From contig CASDYC010000001.1 of assembly GCA_949285665.1 (NCBI GenBank), positions 227,738-291,737 of the forward strand: a stretch of 64,000 bases of DNA, written 5' to 3'. Below are positions 40,937 to 51,569 of this stretch, in pieces (the stretch's first letter is position 1; every line of letters starts with the position of its first letter). The position numbers and the translations under genes were made by a program. The notes under the pieces were generated by a model. That model saw nothing but the letters and a program-made list of their open reading frames with translations, searched no databases and was not told the origin of the DNA. Source of the DNA: an uncultured bacterium. Lineage in GTDB: Bacteria > Bacillota_I > Bacilli_A > RFN20 > CAG-826.

Positions 40937-41740
40937 TTATTCTAAAAAAGTAATTAAACAAGAAATTACAATAAAAGAAATTATTAAAAATATTATTGAT
41001 AAATTTGAATTATATTTTTTAAAATAAACAGGAAGTAATTCTTTGAACAATACAAATAATAAAGCACCAGCAGAAAATGAAAACATAACAGCTGTTAATA
41101 TTTCATTTATCGAACTGATAAAATAACCAAAAATAGAAAATCCATACGATACTAGGCTTATTATAAGTATACTTATTAATATATTTATTTTTTTAGAACC
41201 AGAATTTAAAAATGAATCACTTATCATAAATCCAACAGTAAAATTATGAATTCCAATCATTAAAATTGCCATTATTATTCCAAAATATTGATTATTTAAG
41301 AATGTAATTCCAAGCGACATTCCTTCTGGAATATTATGTATAAATATTGAAAATAAAAATATTAAACTTGACACTTTTAAAGAATTAGAATTGCTCAAAT
41401 TTAAATCATGTTCTTCGCAACTGTGTTCAATTTCTAGATGATTATGTTTATCATATTTATCAAATATTTTATCACTGATAAAATGAATTAAATAAAATAA
41501 CAAAAATACAAATAAAATGATTCCACAAGATATCAAATAACCATAATTTATACTAGAAAAACCTTCTATTGCTTCAATTATAATATCTAAAAATAATAAA
41601 GCTATAACAGATCCAAGAGCGACACCTTGTAAAATAGATATTAATGTTTTATTAAATTTCTTTTCAAATATGGCAAGAAAATATCCACCCAAGGAAAATA
41701 TAACTGTTCCAATAAATGAAAAAATAAACATGTAAATCAT
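40937..41740 (-). CDS. ZIP-family (ZupT-like) divalent metal transporter
   Basis: Eight TM helices, the HNIPEGMSLG and HNFTVG motifs, and a His-rich loop (HNHLEIEHSCEEHD). Confidence 0.8.
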   Translation of the reverse strand: MIYMFIFSFIGTVIFSLGGYFLAIFEKKFNKTLISILQGVALGSVIALLFLDIIIEAIEGFSSINYGYLISCGIILFVFLLFYLIHFISDKIFDKYDKHNHLEIEHSCEEHDLNLSNSNSLKVSSLIFLFSIFIHNIPEGMSLGITFLNNQYFGIIMAILMIGIHNFTVGFMISDSFLNSGSKKINILISILIISLVSYGFSIFGYFISSINEILTAVMFSFSAGALLFVLFKELLPVYFKKYNSNLSIIFLIISFIVISCLITFLE

Positions 41741-41811
41741 ACAAGTAATATTTTAATACAAATTTTTAATAAAATAGTAAAATATTAATGGAGGAATTTT
41801 AAATTTTATTT

Positions 41812-43104
41812 ATGAAAAACGAATTAAAAACACAAACTATTTATCAAGTTTATGTCAGAAACTTTTCAAAAGAAGGAACATTTAAACAAGTAATTGAAAA
41901 GTTGGACTACATTAAATCCCTTGGAACGGATATTTTATATTTATTGCCAATTCATGAAATTGGAATTGAAGGTCATAAGGGAAGTCTTGGATGCCCTTAT
42001 TCAATTAAAGATTATTATTCTATTGCAAAAGAATTAGGAACTTTAGATGATTTTAAAGAATTAATTAACGAAACACATAATCATGGAATGAAAATAATGA
42101 TGGATATTGTATTTAACCATACTTCAAGAGATTCATTATTATTTAAAACACATCCAGAATGGTTTTTTAAAAAAGATGGAAAATATACATCAAAAGCTGG
42201 CGATTGGACTGATGTTTATGATATGGTCCATAATAATGAATTAGATGAATATTTATCAGATAACTTAGTATATTGGGCAAAATTGGGTGTTGATGGCTTT
42301 AGATTTGATGTCTGTTCATTAATTCCAATGTCTTTTTATAAATTAGCTAGAAAAAAATTAAATAAAGTTAATAGAAATATTATTTTCTTAGGTGAAGCAA
42401 TTGAATATAATTTTACTAATTTTATGAGAAGTCAAAATTATATTGCTGATTGTGATGCAGAATTATATCAATATTTTGATCTATTGTATAATTATGATAG
42501 CTTCCCATTTTTAAAAGATTACATTCAATTAAATAAAGATATTAAAGAATATAAAGATTATATGTATTTTGAAGAAGCTCTACTTCCATCAAATGCTTTA
42601 AGAATTAGATCTTTTGAAAATCATGACCAAGAAAGATTGGCTAAATTTTTAAATAAACAACAATTAAGAAATTTATTAGCTTATTCATTTTTCTTAAAAG
42701 GAACTGGCTTTATTTATGCTGGACAAGAAACACTAAATACAAATAAACCATCATTATTTGATAAAGATGTTATTTCATTAGATATTAATAATGAAAATAA
42801 AGACTATGTTGAATTTGTTAAATTGATGATTGAGTTAAAACACAATCGTAAAAATAAAAAATTATTAACAAGTTCCATCATTAAAAATGAAAAATCTGAT
42901 GAAGAATTATTTATCGTTGATAATGTATTTGAAGATCGAAGTCATTTATTAGGTATTTTTAATTTATCAAAAACTAATTCTAACCTTGAATTTAATGAAG
43001 AAAAATATTTTGGTAAATATAAAAATTTAATAACTAATAAAACAATTACCATCAAAGAAGGTTATAAAGTTAGCGAACCATTAATTTTAAGAAAAATTAA
43101 ATAA
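41812..43104 (+). CDS. Cytoplasmic GH13 alpha-amylase-family glycosidase
   Basis: GH13 regions DIVFNHTS, GFRFDV, FLGEAIE and FENHDQ. No signal peptide. Confidence 0.85.
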   Translation: MKNELKTQTIYQVYVRNFSKEGTFKQVIEKLDYIKSLGTDILYLLPIHEIGIEGHKGSLGCPYSIKDYYSIAKELGTLDDFKELINETHNHGMKIMMDIVFNHTSRDSLLFKTHPEWFFKKDGKYTSKAGDWTDVYDMVHNNELDEYLSDNLVYWAKLGVDGFRFDVCSLIPMSFYKLARKKLNKVNRNIIFLGEAIEYNFTNFMRSQNYIADCDAELYQYFDLLYNYDSFPFLKDYIQLNKDIKEYKDYMYFEEALLPSNALRIRSFENHDQERLAKFLNKQQLRNLLAYSFFLKGTGFIYAGQETLNTNKPSLFDKDVISLDINNENKDYVEFVKLMIELKHNRKNKKLLTSSIIKNEKSDEELFIVDNVFEDRSHLLGIFNLSKTNSNLEFNEEKYFGKYKNLITNKTITIKEGYKVSEPLILRKIK

Positions 43105-43130
43105 TCAACTGAATTTTTTAAAAATAAATA

Positions 43131-43159
43131 AAAAAAGAAGGTTTGAAATCTTCTTTTTT
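43131..43159. terminator. Bidirectional terminator
   Basis: Perfect 10-bp stem aaaaaagaag / cttctttttt with a 9-nt loop, between convergent genes. Confidence 0.65.
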
Positions 43160-43193
43160 TATTAGACATTAATTTTTAATGAAAAAATTAAAC

Positions 43194-44150
43194 TTAATTA
43201 TTTGTTGTTTCTTCAACTTTATTTAATGATTTTTTTGATCTAATTAATTTAACTAAAGAAATTACAGAAATTATTAAAGTAAATAATAAATCAAAAACTA
43301 AAATATAACTTCCAACTGGAATGCTTAAAGCAAAATCAATTAAAAATAAAGGTTTTCCAACTTGGACAACAAAATTTGGACTTGTTAATTCTAAAATTAA
43401 AAATATAAATAAAAATAAGAAATTTAAACTAATAGTAATTATTGTATAAATTAAATTACTTTTATAAGTTTTATTTTTAAAATAATTATAAGTAAAATAA
43501 ATAACGTTATAAAAAGGAACCAAAACAGCAAATATTAAGAAAATATAATTTGCATTAATTAAAACATTTTTTAGTGAATTAAAACTTGCAAAAAACATTC
43601 CAAAATAACACCCAGAAATTAATAATAAAATAATTGAGAAAATAATATTAAATGTCTTATAAGAAATTACATCATAGGCATTAAATAATTCATAATAATA
43701 ATTTAATTTTTCAGAATTTTTAAATATTTTATAAATTAATGAAACATTTAATAAAAGCATAATAACACTATAAATTATCATATCAATTGGAAGAGGCAAA
43801 AATCCAAAGTTGACATAATTCCCATTGTTGTTATTATTCCAAAAATAATTAAAACTCATCAAAACCATTATTAATCCAGTTAAAATTAATAAGCTTGTAA
43901 TACTTACATAAATTATTGCACCAATTTTACTAAATTCTTTATGTTTTGATCTTTTTATATGGAAGATATAAAAAACAATTGGCATTAAATACATAATTAC
44001 ACTTCCAATAACTGGAATTGTATTTTGATAATGACTAGTAATATAAACTGTAGCCATTTTTAATAAATTATAAATTGGAATCGTTAAAAGAATTAATAAA
44101 ATAATTTCAATTCCAAAAATAAACGTTAAATCTTTTTTACTTGTTTTCAT
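43194..44150 (-). CDS. Polytopic membrane protein, function unknown
   Basis: About 8 hydrophobic segments and no recognisable motif. Confidence 0.4.
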   Translation of the reverse strand: MKTSKKDLTFIFGIEIILLILLTIPIYNLLKMATVYITSHYQNTIPVIGSVIMYLMPIVFYIFHIKRSKHKEFSKIGAIIYVSITSLLILTGLIMVLMSFNYFWNNNNNGNYVNFGFLPLPIDMIIYSVIMLLLNVSLIYKIFKNSEKLNYYYELFNAYDVISYKTFNIIFSIILLLISGCYFGMFFASFNSLKNVLINANYIFLIFAVLVPFYNVIYFTYNYFKNKTYKSNLIYTIITISLNFLFLFIFLILELTSPNFVVQVGKPLFLIDFALSIPVGSYILVFDLLFTLIISVISLVKLIRSKKSLNKVEETTNN

Positions 44151-45222
44151 AATCTACATACACATTTCTAATTTGACTTAAACTAACAACATTTTTGTCA
44201 TCATCTAAGCTCAAATTTATTTCTTTATATCCAAGAGCACTTTCGTTATGATATATTTGATTTGTGGATTTTACCCCATAAGATAAAATTACTTCATCTT
44301 TATCTTCAGATTTTTTAAATAATGAATTCGCATTATTTAAATGGTCATGTCCGGCAAAAAACATTCTTACATTCATATTATATAATCTATCAAAAGGATG
44401 AAATTCATCGGTATATCCTGGAGCTGATTCTTCAAAGTAAAATCCAGTATGACTTAAAACTTTTGGATAACCCTCACTGTTTTCTTTGTTATTAGTTACT
44501 ATATTATTTGCGTCAACATATTCATATAAAGGAATATGAAAGAAGGCTAATCCAATAAAATCTTTATCACTTGTGTTTTTATAAATGTTTTCAAAATGAG
44601 TTAATTGTTCATCTCTTATAACATCATAATCATAAACTAAATTATTATAATAATATGAATTTGAATCAATTATATATAAACGATATTTCAAATCATTATT
44701 ATAATTTAAATCAATTGTAAAATTGGTATAACCTGGTAAATCATCATTCATAAAATCAACAAATAAACAATTTGACTCATCTTTTTTAGCATAAGAATTT
44801 AAAGTATCATTAATAAAATATGAATAATAATCTCCTTGATTATCATGATTCCCATATGTGAAAGTATAATACATCTTTTTAGAATTTGTTGACAATTCTT
44901 TACAAGTATTATCTAAAAATTCAAAAAAAGAATTAACAATATTTTCATTTGAAAATAAAAATGTATCTCCTGTTATTACAATTAAATTTGGATCACAATT
45001 TTTAATATTATTTTTTAAATATGCAAATTGTTCATCTAAATTACTTTCTAATCCTAAATGAATATCACTTAATTGCATAATCTTAAAATTAGGATTATTT
45101 AAATCTAATTTCAACATATATTCACTTATTTCATGATTATCATTATTTCCACAAGAAGTAATCAAACTTAAAGAAAATAATAATAAATTTGTAAATAAAA
45201 ACTTATTCTTCATTTTTTTCAT
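44137..45222 (-). CDS. Lipoprotein metallophosphoesterase
   Basis: Lipobox LSLITSC, and calcineurin-like motifs SDIHLG, GDTF, GNHD and GHDH. Confidence 0.7.
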   Translation of the reverse strand: MKKMKNKFLFTNLLLFSLSLITSCGNNDNHEISEYMLKLDLNNPNFKIMQLSDIHLGLESNLDEQFAYLKNNIKNCDPNLIVITGDTFLFSNENIVNSFFEFLDNTCKELSTNSKKMYYTFTYGNHDNQGDYYSYFINDTLNSYAKKDESNCLFVDFMNDDLPGYTNFTIDLNYNNDLKYRLYIIDSNSYYYNNLVYDYDVIRDEQLTHFENIYKNTSDKDFIGLAFFHIPLYEYVDANNIVTNNKENSEGYPKVLSHTGFYFEESAPGYTDEFHPFDRLYNMNVRMFFAGHDHLNNANSLFKKSEDKDEVILSYGVKSTNQIYHNESALGYKEINLSLDDDKNVVSLSQIRNVYVDYENK

Positions 45223-45922
45223 CTTTCTTATCTAATATTTTTACATTAATAAATTTAAATCCTAAATAAAATACAATAGATCCCAAGGAATTAAATATAA
45301 TTACTAAAACCAAATTTAATAATGCAAACCAATCAAATACAAAACTAAAACCAAAATAAAAAGCATTAGCTATACAGTGCTCAAAACCACAAAGAACAAA
45401 TATAAAAATTGGAATTACAATTCCAAGATATTTAAAAACAGCAGTTTTTGAAAACTTATAAATATAAGTTGCAATAAATACTAATGCTCCACACAAAAAT
45501 CCTTTTGCCATTAATTTTAATGGCAAATAATAATCAGTTAAAAAATTTATCTTATTTAAAGTTAAATTATTAACACTATTTATTAAATTTGTATCATTTT
45601 GAAAAATAAAATAACAAACTAAACCAAATAAATATGCTGCAAGTAAATTAAATAAAATCATCGTTATTAATTTAGTAAATTTATAATCATCTTTTTCAAA
45701 AACATAACCAATTCTTCCGGTATATAAAAAGACTCCAAGAACACAAACAAAAAATAAGCCAACGGTAAAAATTAATGATCCTAAAACTTTTGCAAGTCCT
45801 TGGTCACTAATATAAGCTAAACAAAAAATATAAGAAATACCGCCCAACGCGATGAAAAAACCAGCAAATATCCCTGATATTGCTGATTTTAATATTACAT
45901 TAAGTCTTTCACTACTTATCAT
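45203..45922 (-). CDS. Formate/nitrite transporter (FNT) family channel
   Basis: SGIFAGFFIALGG and the FEHCIANAFYF signature, with six TM helices. Confidence 0.8.
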   Translation of the reverse strand: MISSERLNVILKSAISGIFAGFFIALGGISYIFCLAYISDQGLAKVLGSLIFTVGLFFVCVLGVFLYTGRIGYVFEKDDYKFTKLITMILFNLLAAYLFGLVCYFIFQNDTNLINSVNNLTLNKINFLTDYYLPLKLMAKGFLCGALVFIATYIYKFSKTAVFKYLGIVIPIFIFVLCGFEHCIANAFYFGFSFVFDWFALLNLVLVIIFNSLGSIVFYLGFKFINVKILDKKDEKNEE

Positions 45923-45943
45923 AAATCTTTTTATTTATTGTTA

Positions 45944-46777
45944 TTAAAATGACACGATTAATCCTTTATCTTCAGCGTAAAATGCGCATAATCCTCGATT
46001 TTCAACAACTCTAACATCTTTGAATTTATAATGAGAACTGATCATTTCTTTTAAATAATTTGCATCATCTTTGTTTCTTGTGTGACAAATTACACAAATT
46101 CTTTCTTCAGTATTTTTGACTAAAACACCAATATTAAAGACTAATCTTTTTAAAACACCTTTAAATGTTCTAACTTTTTCTTGAATTTTTATTTCACCAT
46201 TATTTGCAACACATAAAGGTTTGATAATTAAAGCTTTTGCAATAAATGCAACTGCTTTTGACATACGACCATTTTTAACTAAATTATCATATTTATTTAA
46301 GACAAATAATAATTCTAATGAATCTCGATATTCATTCATTGTTTTAACAAATTCATCCCATGGAATATCTTTTTTCATTAATTCATAAGCTTTATCAACT
46401 AATAAAATCATTGTACCAGCTGTAGCTTTTGAATCTAATACTAATACGTTTTTATCAGTATTTTCAAAACTTTTACTAGCTAAAACAGCACTATTATAAC
46501 AACCCGATAATTTACTTGAAATTGTAATAATAATACTATTTGAAGCTTCTTTTATAGAATTTTCAAATTCAAAAGGGCTAGGACAAGCGCTCGTCGATTT
46601 ACTAGATGATTTTTCCATAACTTCTAGCATCTTATCAATATTTAATAAGTCGTTATCAATAAAAACGTTATCTCCAACTCTTATTGTTAATGGAACGACT
46701 TCAAAACCAATTTCATCGTCTTTTATGTAATTTGATAGAAGATTACTAGAAGAATCAACAATAATTTTATATTTCAT
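45944..46777 (-). CDS. DegV-family fatty-acid-binding protein (second paralog)
   Basis: KIIVDSSSNL, TSACPSP and the LVKNGRMS DegV pattern. Confidence 0.85.
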   Translation of the reverse strand: MKYKIIVDSSSNLLSNYIKDDEIGFEVVPLTIRVGDNVFIDNDLLNIDKMLEVMEKSSSKSTSACPSPFEFENSIKEASNSIIITISSKLSGCYNSAVLASKSFENTDKNVLVLDSKATAGTMILLVDKAYELMKKDIPWDEFVKTMNEYRDSLELLFVLNKYDNLVKNGRMSKAVAFIAKALIIKPLCVANNGEIKIQEKVRTFKGVLKRLVFNIGVLVKNTEERICVICHTRNKDDANYLKEMISSHYKFKDVRVVENRGLCAFYAEDKGLIVSF

Positions 46778-46796
46778 ATATCACTCTTTTCTTCCA

Positions 46797-48068
46797 TTAT
46801 TTATTTTTAAATTTAAAATCTTGCCATTTACCGCCGTTTAATCTATGAGTTTCTTCAACTAAAAATAACCATTTAATTGTAGTTTTGTTTTCAGGCAAAA
46901 TTTCATAAAATTCACCATCATAATAAACAGCAAATTTAGAAGTATCAGTAACCATTCCAATTGTTGGAAATTCTAATGGATCTAAATGGAAAGAAAAATC
47001 TGCACCGTGTTTTTTTCCAACAAAATCAAAACCATTTTTAGAAATTGAAATGTAACCTTCACCATCAATTTTACTAGTTAATTGTTTAGTTAGATATTTA
47101 TTTTTTGGAAGAACACCAAGTTTTGCTTTTTCTTTAAAATAATAATCTGGATGTTCTTTTAAATATTTTTTAGTTACTTCTCTTTCTAAATCAAACCATT
47201 GAGAGATTGTTTCTGGAGCAACAGTATCGTTACTTGTTTTGATAATGTCATAATAATCATTTATAGTAACGGTATTTCCACAGTGTTTACAATATAATTT
47301 ATTTTTTTCACCATGCATTTCAAATTCATGATGACATTTTGGACAATAATATAATAATTGATGAAGGTTTTTACAAACCTCACCATGAGTATCAAAAGCA
47401 ACTCTTTCTTTTTTGTTCCATTCAAAATCATCATGATATAATTTTTCATTTAATAAATCTTGAATTTCATCTGCATTATGTTTTTCTAAATCTTCTTTAG
47501 AAAACATTAAATCAATATCAACATCGACTTTACCTTTTCTTACATCTAGACAATATTTAGTATTTGTTAAATATCCACCTTTAATAATGCAAGAATAAAC
47601 TGGAACGCCAAGAGCTTTTAATAATTTTCCACTTCCAATTGCTACAGGTTGATTGTGTCCAGAAATTGATGACATACCTTCTGGGAACAAAATTACTCTT
47701 CCGCCTTTTTTAATAATATTCATAATTTGTTTAACAGCATAAACATCTGTAACAAAATTCTTTTTTGAAATTACTTGTGCAGCAGAAAAAATAAAATGTA
47801 AATGACTTCTAAAAAACTCATTATAACCTGCGACAAAATTACAAGTTTTTGGCAACATTGGAAATGCCGTATATAAATAATCAACCCTTGATGCATGATT
47901 TGCAACAATAATAAAAGGTCTATCATCTTTTCTTGGATCTGTAATGTAATTATAATGAACATTATATTGGTGGTTCAAAATTGGTTTCATTACATAACCA
48001 AGAGTACAATAAAATAATTTATTAGGAGATTTTAAATTTTTTCCACGAACCTTATTAACAATATTCAT
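46797..48068 (-). CDS. PlsC-type acyltransferase with an internal zinc-ribbon and a C-terminal extension
   Basis: HX4D motif NHASRVDY, FPEGMSS, and four Cys as CPKCHHEF...CKHCGN. Confidence 0.7.
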   Translation of the reverse strand: MNIVNKVRGKNLKSPNKLFYCTLGYVMKPILNHQYNVHYNYITDPRKDDRPFIIVANHASRVDYLYTAFPMLPKTCNFVAGYNEFFRSHLHFIFSAAQVISKKNFVTDVYAVKQIMNIIKKGGRVILFPEGMSSISGHNQPVAIGSGKLLKALGVPVYSCIIKGGYLTNTKYCLDVRKGKVDVDIDLMFSKEDLEKHNADEIQDLLNEKLYHDDFEWNKKERVAFDTHGEVCKNLHQLLYYCPKCHHEFEMHGEKNKLYCKHCGNTVTINDYYDIIKTSNDTVAPETISQWFDLEREVTKKYLKEHPDYYFKEKAKLGVLPKNKYLTKQLTSKIDGEGYISISKNGFDFVGKKHGADFSFHLDPLEFPTIGMVTDTSKFAVYYDGEFYEILPENKTTIKWLFLVEETHRLNGGKWQDFKFKNK

Positions 48069-48070
48069 TT

Positions 48071-48823
48071 TTATTTAGCTTTTCCTTGATTTGCTACTGC
48101 AGACATTTTTGCTTTAATTGCTTCTTGATCTCCTAAATAATGTTTATCTAAAACATTTAAATTTTCATCGATTGTATAAACTAATGGGACACCAGTTGGA
48201 ATATTAACTGCAACAATTTCTTCATCACTTAATTTATCTAAATATTTAACTAAAGCTCTAAGTGAATTACCATGAGCTGCAATTAAAACTGATTTTCCAG
48301 CTAAAATATCTTTTAAAATTACTTCATTAAAATATGGAACTGCTCTTGCAACAGTATCTTTTAAAGATTCAGTTAATGGTAAATCTTTTTTATCAATTGT
48401 ACGATAATGTTTTTGTAAAGCAGGATTTCTTGGATCGTCTTCTTTTAATGCTGGAGGTTGAACATCATAACTTCTTCTCCAAATTTTAACTTGGGCTTCA
48501 CCATATTTTTCAGCTGTTTCTGCTTTATTTAAACCTTGAAGAGCTCCATAGTGTCTTTCATTTAAACGATAATCTTTAATAACTGGGATGTATTCTTCAT
48601 CCATTTCTTCTAAAACATGATTTGCGGTATGAATTGCTCTTTTTAAAAATGATGTATAACAAATATCAAATTCAAAACCAGCTTCTTTTAATAATTTACC
48701 GCCGTTTTTAGCTTCGTTAACTCCGTTTTCACTTAAATCAACATCGGTCCATCCAGTGAATAAATTTAATTTATTCCATTCACTTTCACCATGTCTAACC
48801 ATTACAAATGTAAATTTTTTCAT
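48071..48823 (-). CDS. gpmA: 2,3-bisphosphoglycerate-dependent phosphoglycerate mutase
   Basis: [18 protein letters not shown] and [11 protein letters not shown] prefer the ATG at 48823, after a GAGGTGA RBS. Confidence 0.95.
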   Translation of the reverse strand: MKKFTFVMVRHGESEWNKLNLFTGWTDVDLSENGVNEAKNGGKLLKEAGFEFDICYTSFLKRAIHTANHVLEEMDEEYIPVIKDYRLNERHYGALQGLNKAETAEKYGEAQVKIWRRSYDVQPPALKEDDPRNPALQKHYRTIDKKDLPLTESLKDTVARAVPYFNEVILKDILAGKSVLIAAHGNSLRALVKYLDKLSDEEIVAVNIPTGVPLVYTIDENLNVLDKHYLGDQEAIKAKMSAVANQGKAK

Positions 48824-48878
48824 TTTAATCACCTCGTCTAAAATATTTTATCATTTATTTATATAATATAAATAAATA

Positions 48879-49526
48879 TTATTTATTTTTTAGTTCAAGT
48901 CTTAATTTTTTTAACTTAGTTTTTTCATCATTATTAACTTGAAACGAGTCTATTATTTTAGATATTGCTTTTAATTTTATTTTTAAATTTAAGGGTGAAT
49001 TTTTTAAAAATATGTAGGTTTTGCTGGGAAATTTAATATATAAAAAAGAAATTAACCAAGCTTCAGCCATAATAACATAATATTGATTGTCATCTTTAAA
49101 TAATTTAAAAATTTTATCAAGATAATCACTATTTTTATATACGTCTTTTAAAAATAAAACATAACCAAGTCTTACAATAAATTCTTCTTTATAATTATTA
49201 ATTAAATATTTTGCAAATTCATATAAAGAATTTATATTTACATTATTTAAAAATTGATTAATTTGATCAACATGCCACCAATCATTTAAATTGTTTAAAT
49301 TATCATTAATAAAATCAAGTTGTTTATTAAAATCATCTTTTAAATAATATAATGAAACTTGAAAATAAATTCGATTAAATAAATAATCTTCTTTAATTAC
49401 AAAAGGTCTTAAAACACTAACATCTAAATTATTTTTTATAATATATTTAGAAATTTCATCTAAATCTTTTGTTTTTATTTTATTTTTATTAGTTAATTTA
49501 TTTTTTATATAAAAATATAAATCCAT
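48879..49526 (-). CDS. DNA alkylation repair (AlkD-like HEAT-repeat) family protein
   Basis: Helical repeat pattern with WWHVDQ... and YYVIMAEAWLISFLYIKFP, typical of the DNA_alkylation family. This call rests on pattern similarity only. Confidence 0.5.
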   Translation of the reverse strand: MDLYFYIKNKLTNKNKIKTKDLDEISKYIIKNNLDVSVLRPFVIKEDYLFNRIYFQVSLYYLKDDFNKQLDFINDNLNNLNDWWHVDQINQFLNNVNINSLYEFAKYLINNYKEEFIVRLGYVLFLKDVYKNSDYLDKIFKLFKDDNQYYVIMAEAWLISFLYIKFPSKTYIFLKNSPLNLKIKLKAISKIIDSFQVNNDEKTKLKKLRLELKNK

Positions 49527-49527
49527 T

Positions 49528-50445
49528 TTAATTAAATTTTAAAATTTTAGATATTGTATCTTTCATTTCAGATACTGTTTTTATAAATTCTTTAACATTT
49601 GGATTTGGATTTAAGGCATACATTGCGCCATATGGAACTTTAAAAGATTTTTCAAAACTAATTAAGTTTAAATTTGTATGTATATCTCTCCAATTTTCAA
49701 AACTAACAATTGGATAACCAGTTCTATTTGCGGTTTCATAAGATTTAAAATTAAAGAAATCAACATCGGAGATTTCAACATCATGGTTAGTTAGGTATTT
49801 TCTTAATAAATCAACATAACTATTCATACCTTTTTTAACCATTAGTATTGTCTCATCTTTAATATCATTAAGAGTTAATAAAGTTTTATTTGATAATGGA
49901 TTTTTAATTGGAACTGCAAATTTCATTTCAAGTTCTTTTAGTTTTAAATAATTACACAACTTATCTCTTTCAATTATTTTTTCATCAAAAATACCAAAAA
50001 TAACATCAATATTTTTTCCTAATTCTGCTAAAATATCTTTTCCAGTATCTAAGGCATTATTATAAGGTATTATTTCAATTTTAAATTTATCTTTTAAAAC
50101 CGGACTTTTACTCCATACATCAAAAATATAATTAGCAGGAGTCATTAAAGAAATTCCAATTCTTACTAAATCAGTTGTATCTCCATATTGAGCCGAAGTT
50201 GCACTCAATAAAGCAGTTTTACAAAAATTGCTAATATACTTCCCAGAATTATATAAAGCTTGTCCAGCTTTTGTTAATTCTAGTCCTTTATTTGTTCTTA
50301 TAAACAATTGCAATTTTAATTCTTCTTCTAATGAGTTAATTTGTTTCATGATTGCAACCGGTGATATAAATAATTGTTCGCCAGCCTTTGAGAAACTCAA
50401 AACTTCCGCAACAACCATAAAGTTTTTAAATTCTTTACTTAACAT
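49528..50445 (-). CDS. LysR-family transcriptional regulator
   Basis: N-terminal HTH VAEVLSFSKAGEQLFISPVAIMKQINSLEEEL and a C-terminal substrate-binding domain. Confidence 0.85.
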   Translation of the reverse strand: MLSKEFKNFMVVAEVLSFSKAGEQLFISPVAIMKQINSLEEELKLQLFIRTNKGLELTKAGQALYNSGKYISNFCKTALLSATSAQYGDTTDLVRIGISLMTPANYIFDVWSKSPVLKDKFKIEIIPYNNALDTGKDILAELGKNIDVIFGIFDEKIIERDKLCNYLKLKELEMKFAVPIKNPLSNKTLLTLNDIKDETILMVKKGMNSYVDLLRKYLTNHDVEISDVDFFNFKSYETANRTGYPIVSFENWRDIHTNLNLISFEKSFKVPYGAMYALNPNPNVKEFIKTVSEMKDTISKILKFN

Positions 50446-50513
50446 ATAAAAAAAGTATAAATAAAAATAACAATATTTGCAACAATTTTACTTAGTTTTA
50501 AAAACTAGATATA

Positions 50514-50546
50514 CAAAAAGCTCTCCAAAACCTAAATATTTTTAAA
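50514..50546 (+). repeat. Dispersed repeat, degenerate copy E (caaaaagctCTCCAAAACCTAAATATTTTTAAA)
   Basis: It aligns with the consensus with a few substitutions. It is intergenic, 69-100 nt upstream of the LysR start. Confidence 0.6.
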
Positions 50547-50610
50547 AAAGGTTTAAATTTATTTGAAAAAAATTAATAATATTGTCCAATTTATCTTGTT
50601 ATTTTTTAAT

Positions 50611-51567
50611 TTAATTAAAATTTAAAGCTAAAATATCACTAAATTTTGATAAATAATCATCAAATTTATAAACAAAACAATCTAATTTATCATATGTTTT
50701 TATATAATAAGTCATATTTTTTGGATCTAAAATTGATGTATAAATTGTAATTTCGCTTTTATTATCGCCTGTTAAAGCTTCGCCTTTAATAACGCTAACT
50801 TTTGAAAATATATGAAATAATTCATTAATTAAATTATCTTTATTTGTAATATTTTTTAATAAATTTTCTTTTAAATAAACACTTCTAATAAATCTTGAAG
50901 GACTTGAAGAATCTCCTGGTAAACCAGTTGCGTTACTTCCAATGCAAAATGGTTTTAAATCATAATTTGTATTGAAATTATTTGAATAATATTTATTTGT
51001 TAAATTTAAATATAACTTAATATTTTCTAAATGATATGTAAATGGAGGGTTATTTGTTAATACTTCAAATGTATTATCATATATTTTTAAACCATCTTTA
51101 TCTGGTTCTAAGACAATTGAGCCATCTTTATCACTAATTAAAAAATGCAAATAACTTAATGGCATATTATCTAAAAATGGTTTATTTATTAATTGTATAT
51201 TTTTACAAACCTCTTTTACTTCTTTAATATTCGAACAATTATTTAATAAATAAATTATTAATTCATAAGGAGCTAAATTTATTTTATTTTTATCTATGTC
51301 ATTAAAGTAATATGCGTTTTGAGGATAATTTAATCCTGCAATACATAATCCTTTTTCATTCATTGCTTCTGAAAATAAAGGATAATTATTTAATAAAGCT
51401 CCAATTCCCATCATATTATAATTAGATTTTTGTTCACTTAAAAATTTAAAAGTGAATTTGTAATTTTTATTTAATAGTATTAATTTTTCATTAAAATGGT
51501 AATCTAAATCTAAATTTCTACCAAAAATATAATTATCTTTATATTTTAATTTTATTGCCGTGCACAT
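50611..51567 (-). CDS. Choloylglycine hydrolase family Ntn-hydrolase (bile salt hydrolase / penicillin V acylase-like)
   Basis: N-terminal MCT with the nucleophile Cys2, FGRNLDLDY, and the expected size. Confidence 0.85.
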   Translation of the reverse strand: MCTAIKLKYKDNYIFGRNLDLDYHFNEKLILLNKNYKFTFKFLSEQKSNYNMMGIGALLNNYPLFSEAMNEKGLCIAGLNYPQNAYYFNDIDKNKINLAPYELIIYLLNNCSNIKEVKEVCKNIQLINKPFLDNMPLSYLHFLISDKDGSIVLEPDKDGLKIYDNTFEVLTNNPPFTYHLENIKLYLNLTNKYYSNNFNTNYDLKPFCIGSNATGLPGDSSSPSRFIRSVYLKENLLKNITNKDNLINELFHIFSKVSVIKGEALTGDNKSEITIYTSILDPKNMTYYIKTYDKLDCFVYKFDDYLSKFSDILALNFN

Positions 51568-51569
51568 AA

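Noticed and set aside
41741-41811. Promoter calls in the divergent ZIP / GH13 intergenic region, and in other intergenic regions.
   Set aside because: In sequence this AT-rich, TATAAT-like and TTGACA-like hexamers occur everywhere. I could not single out a convincing -35/-10 pair.
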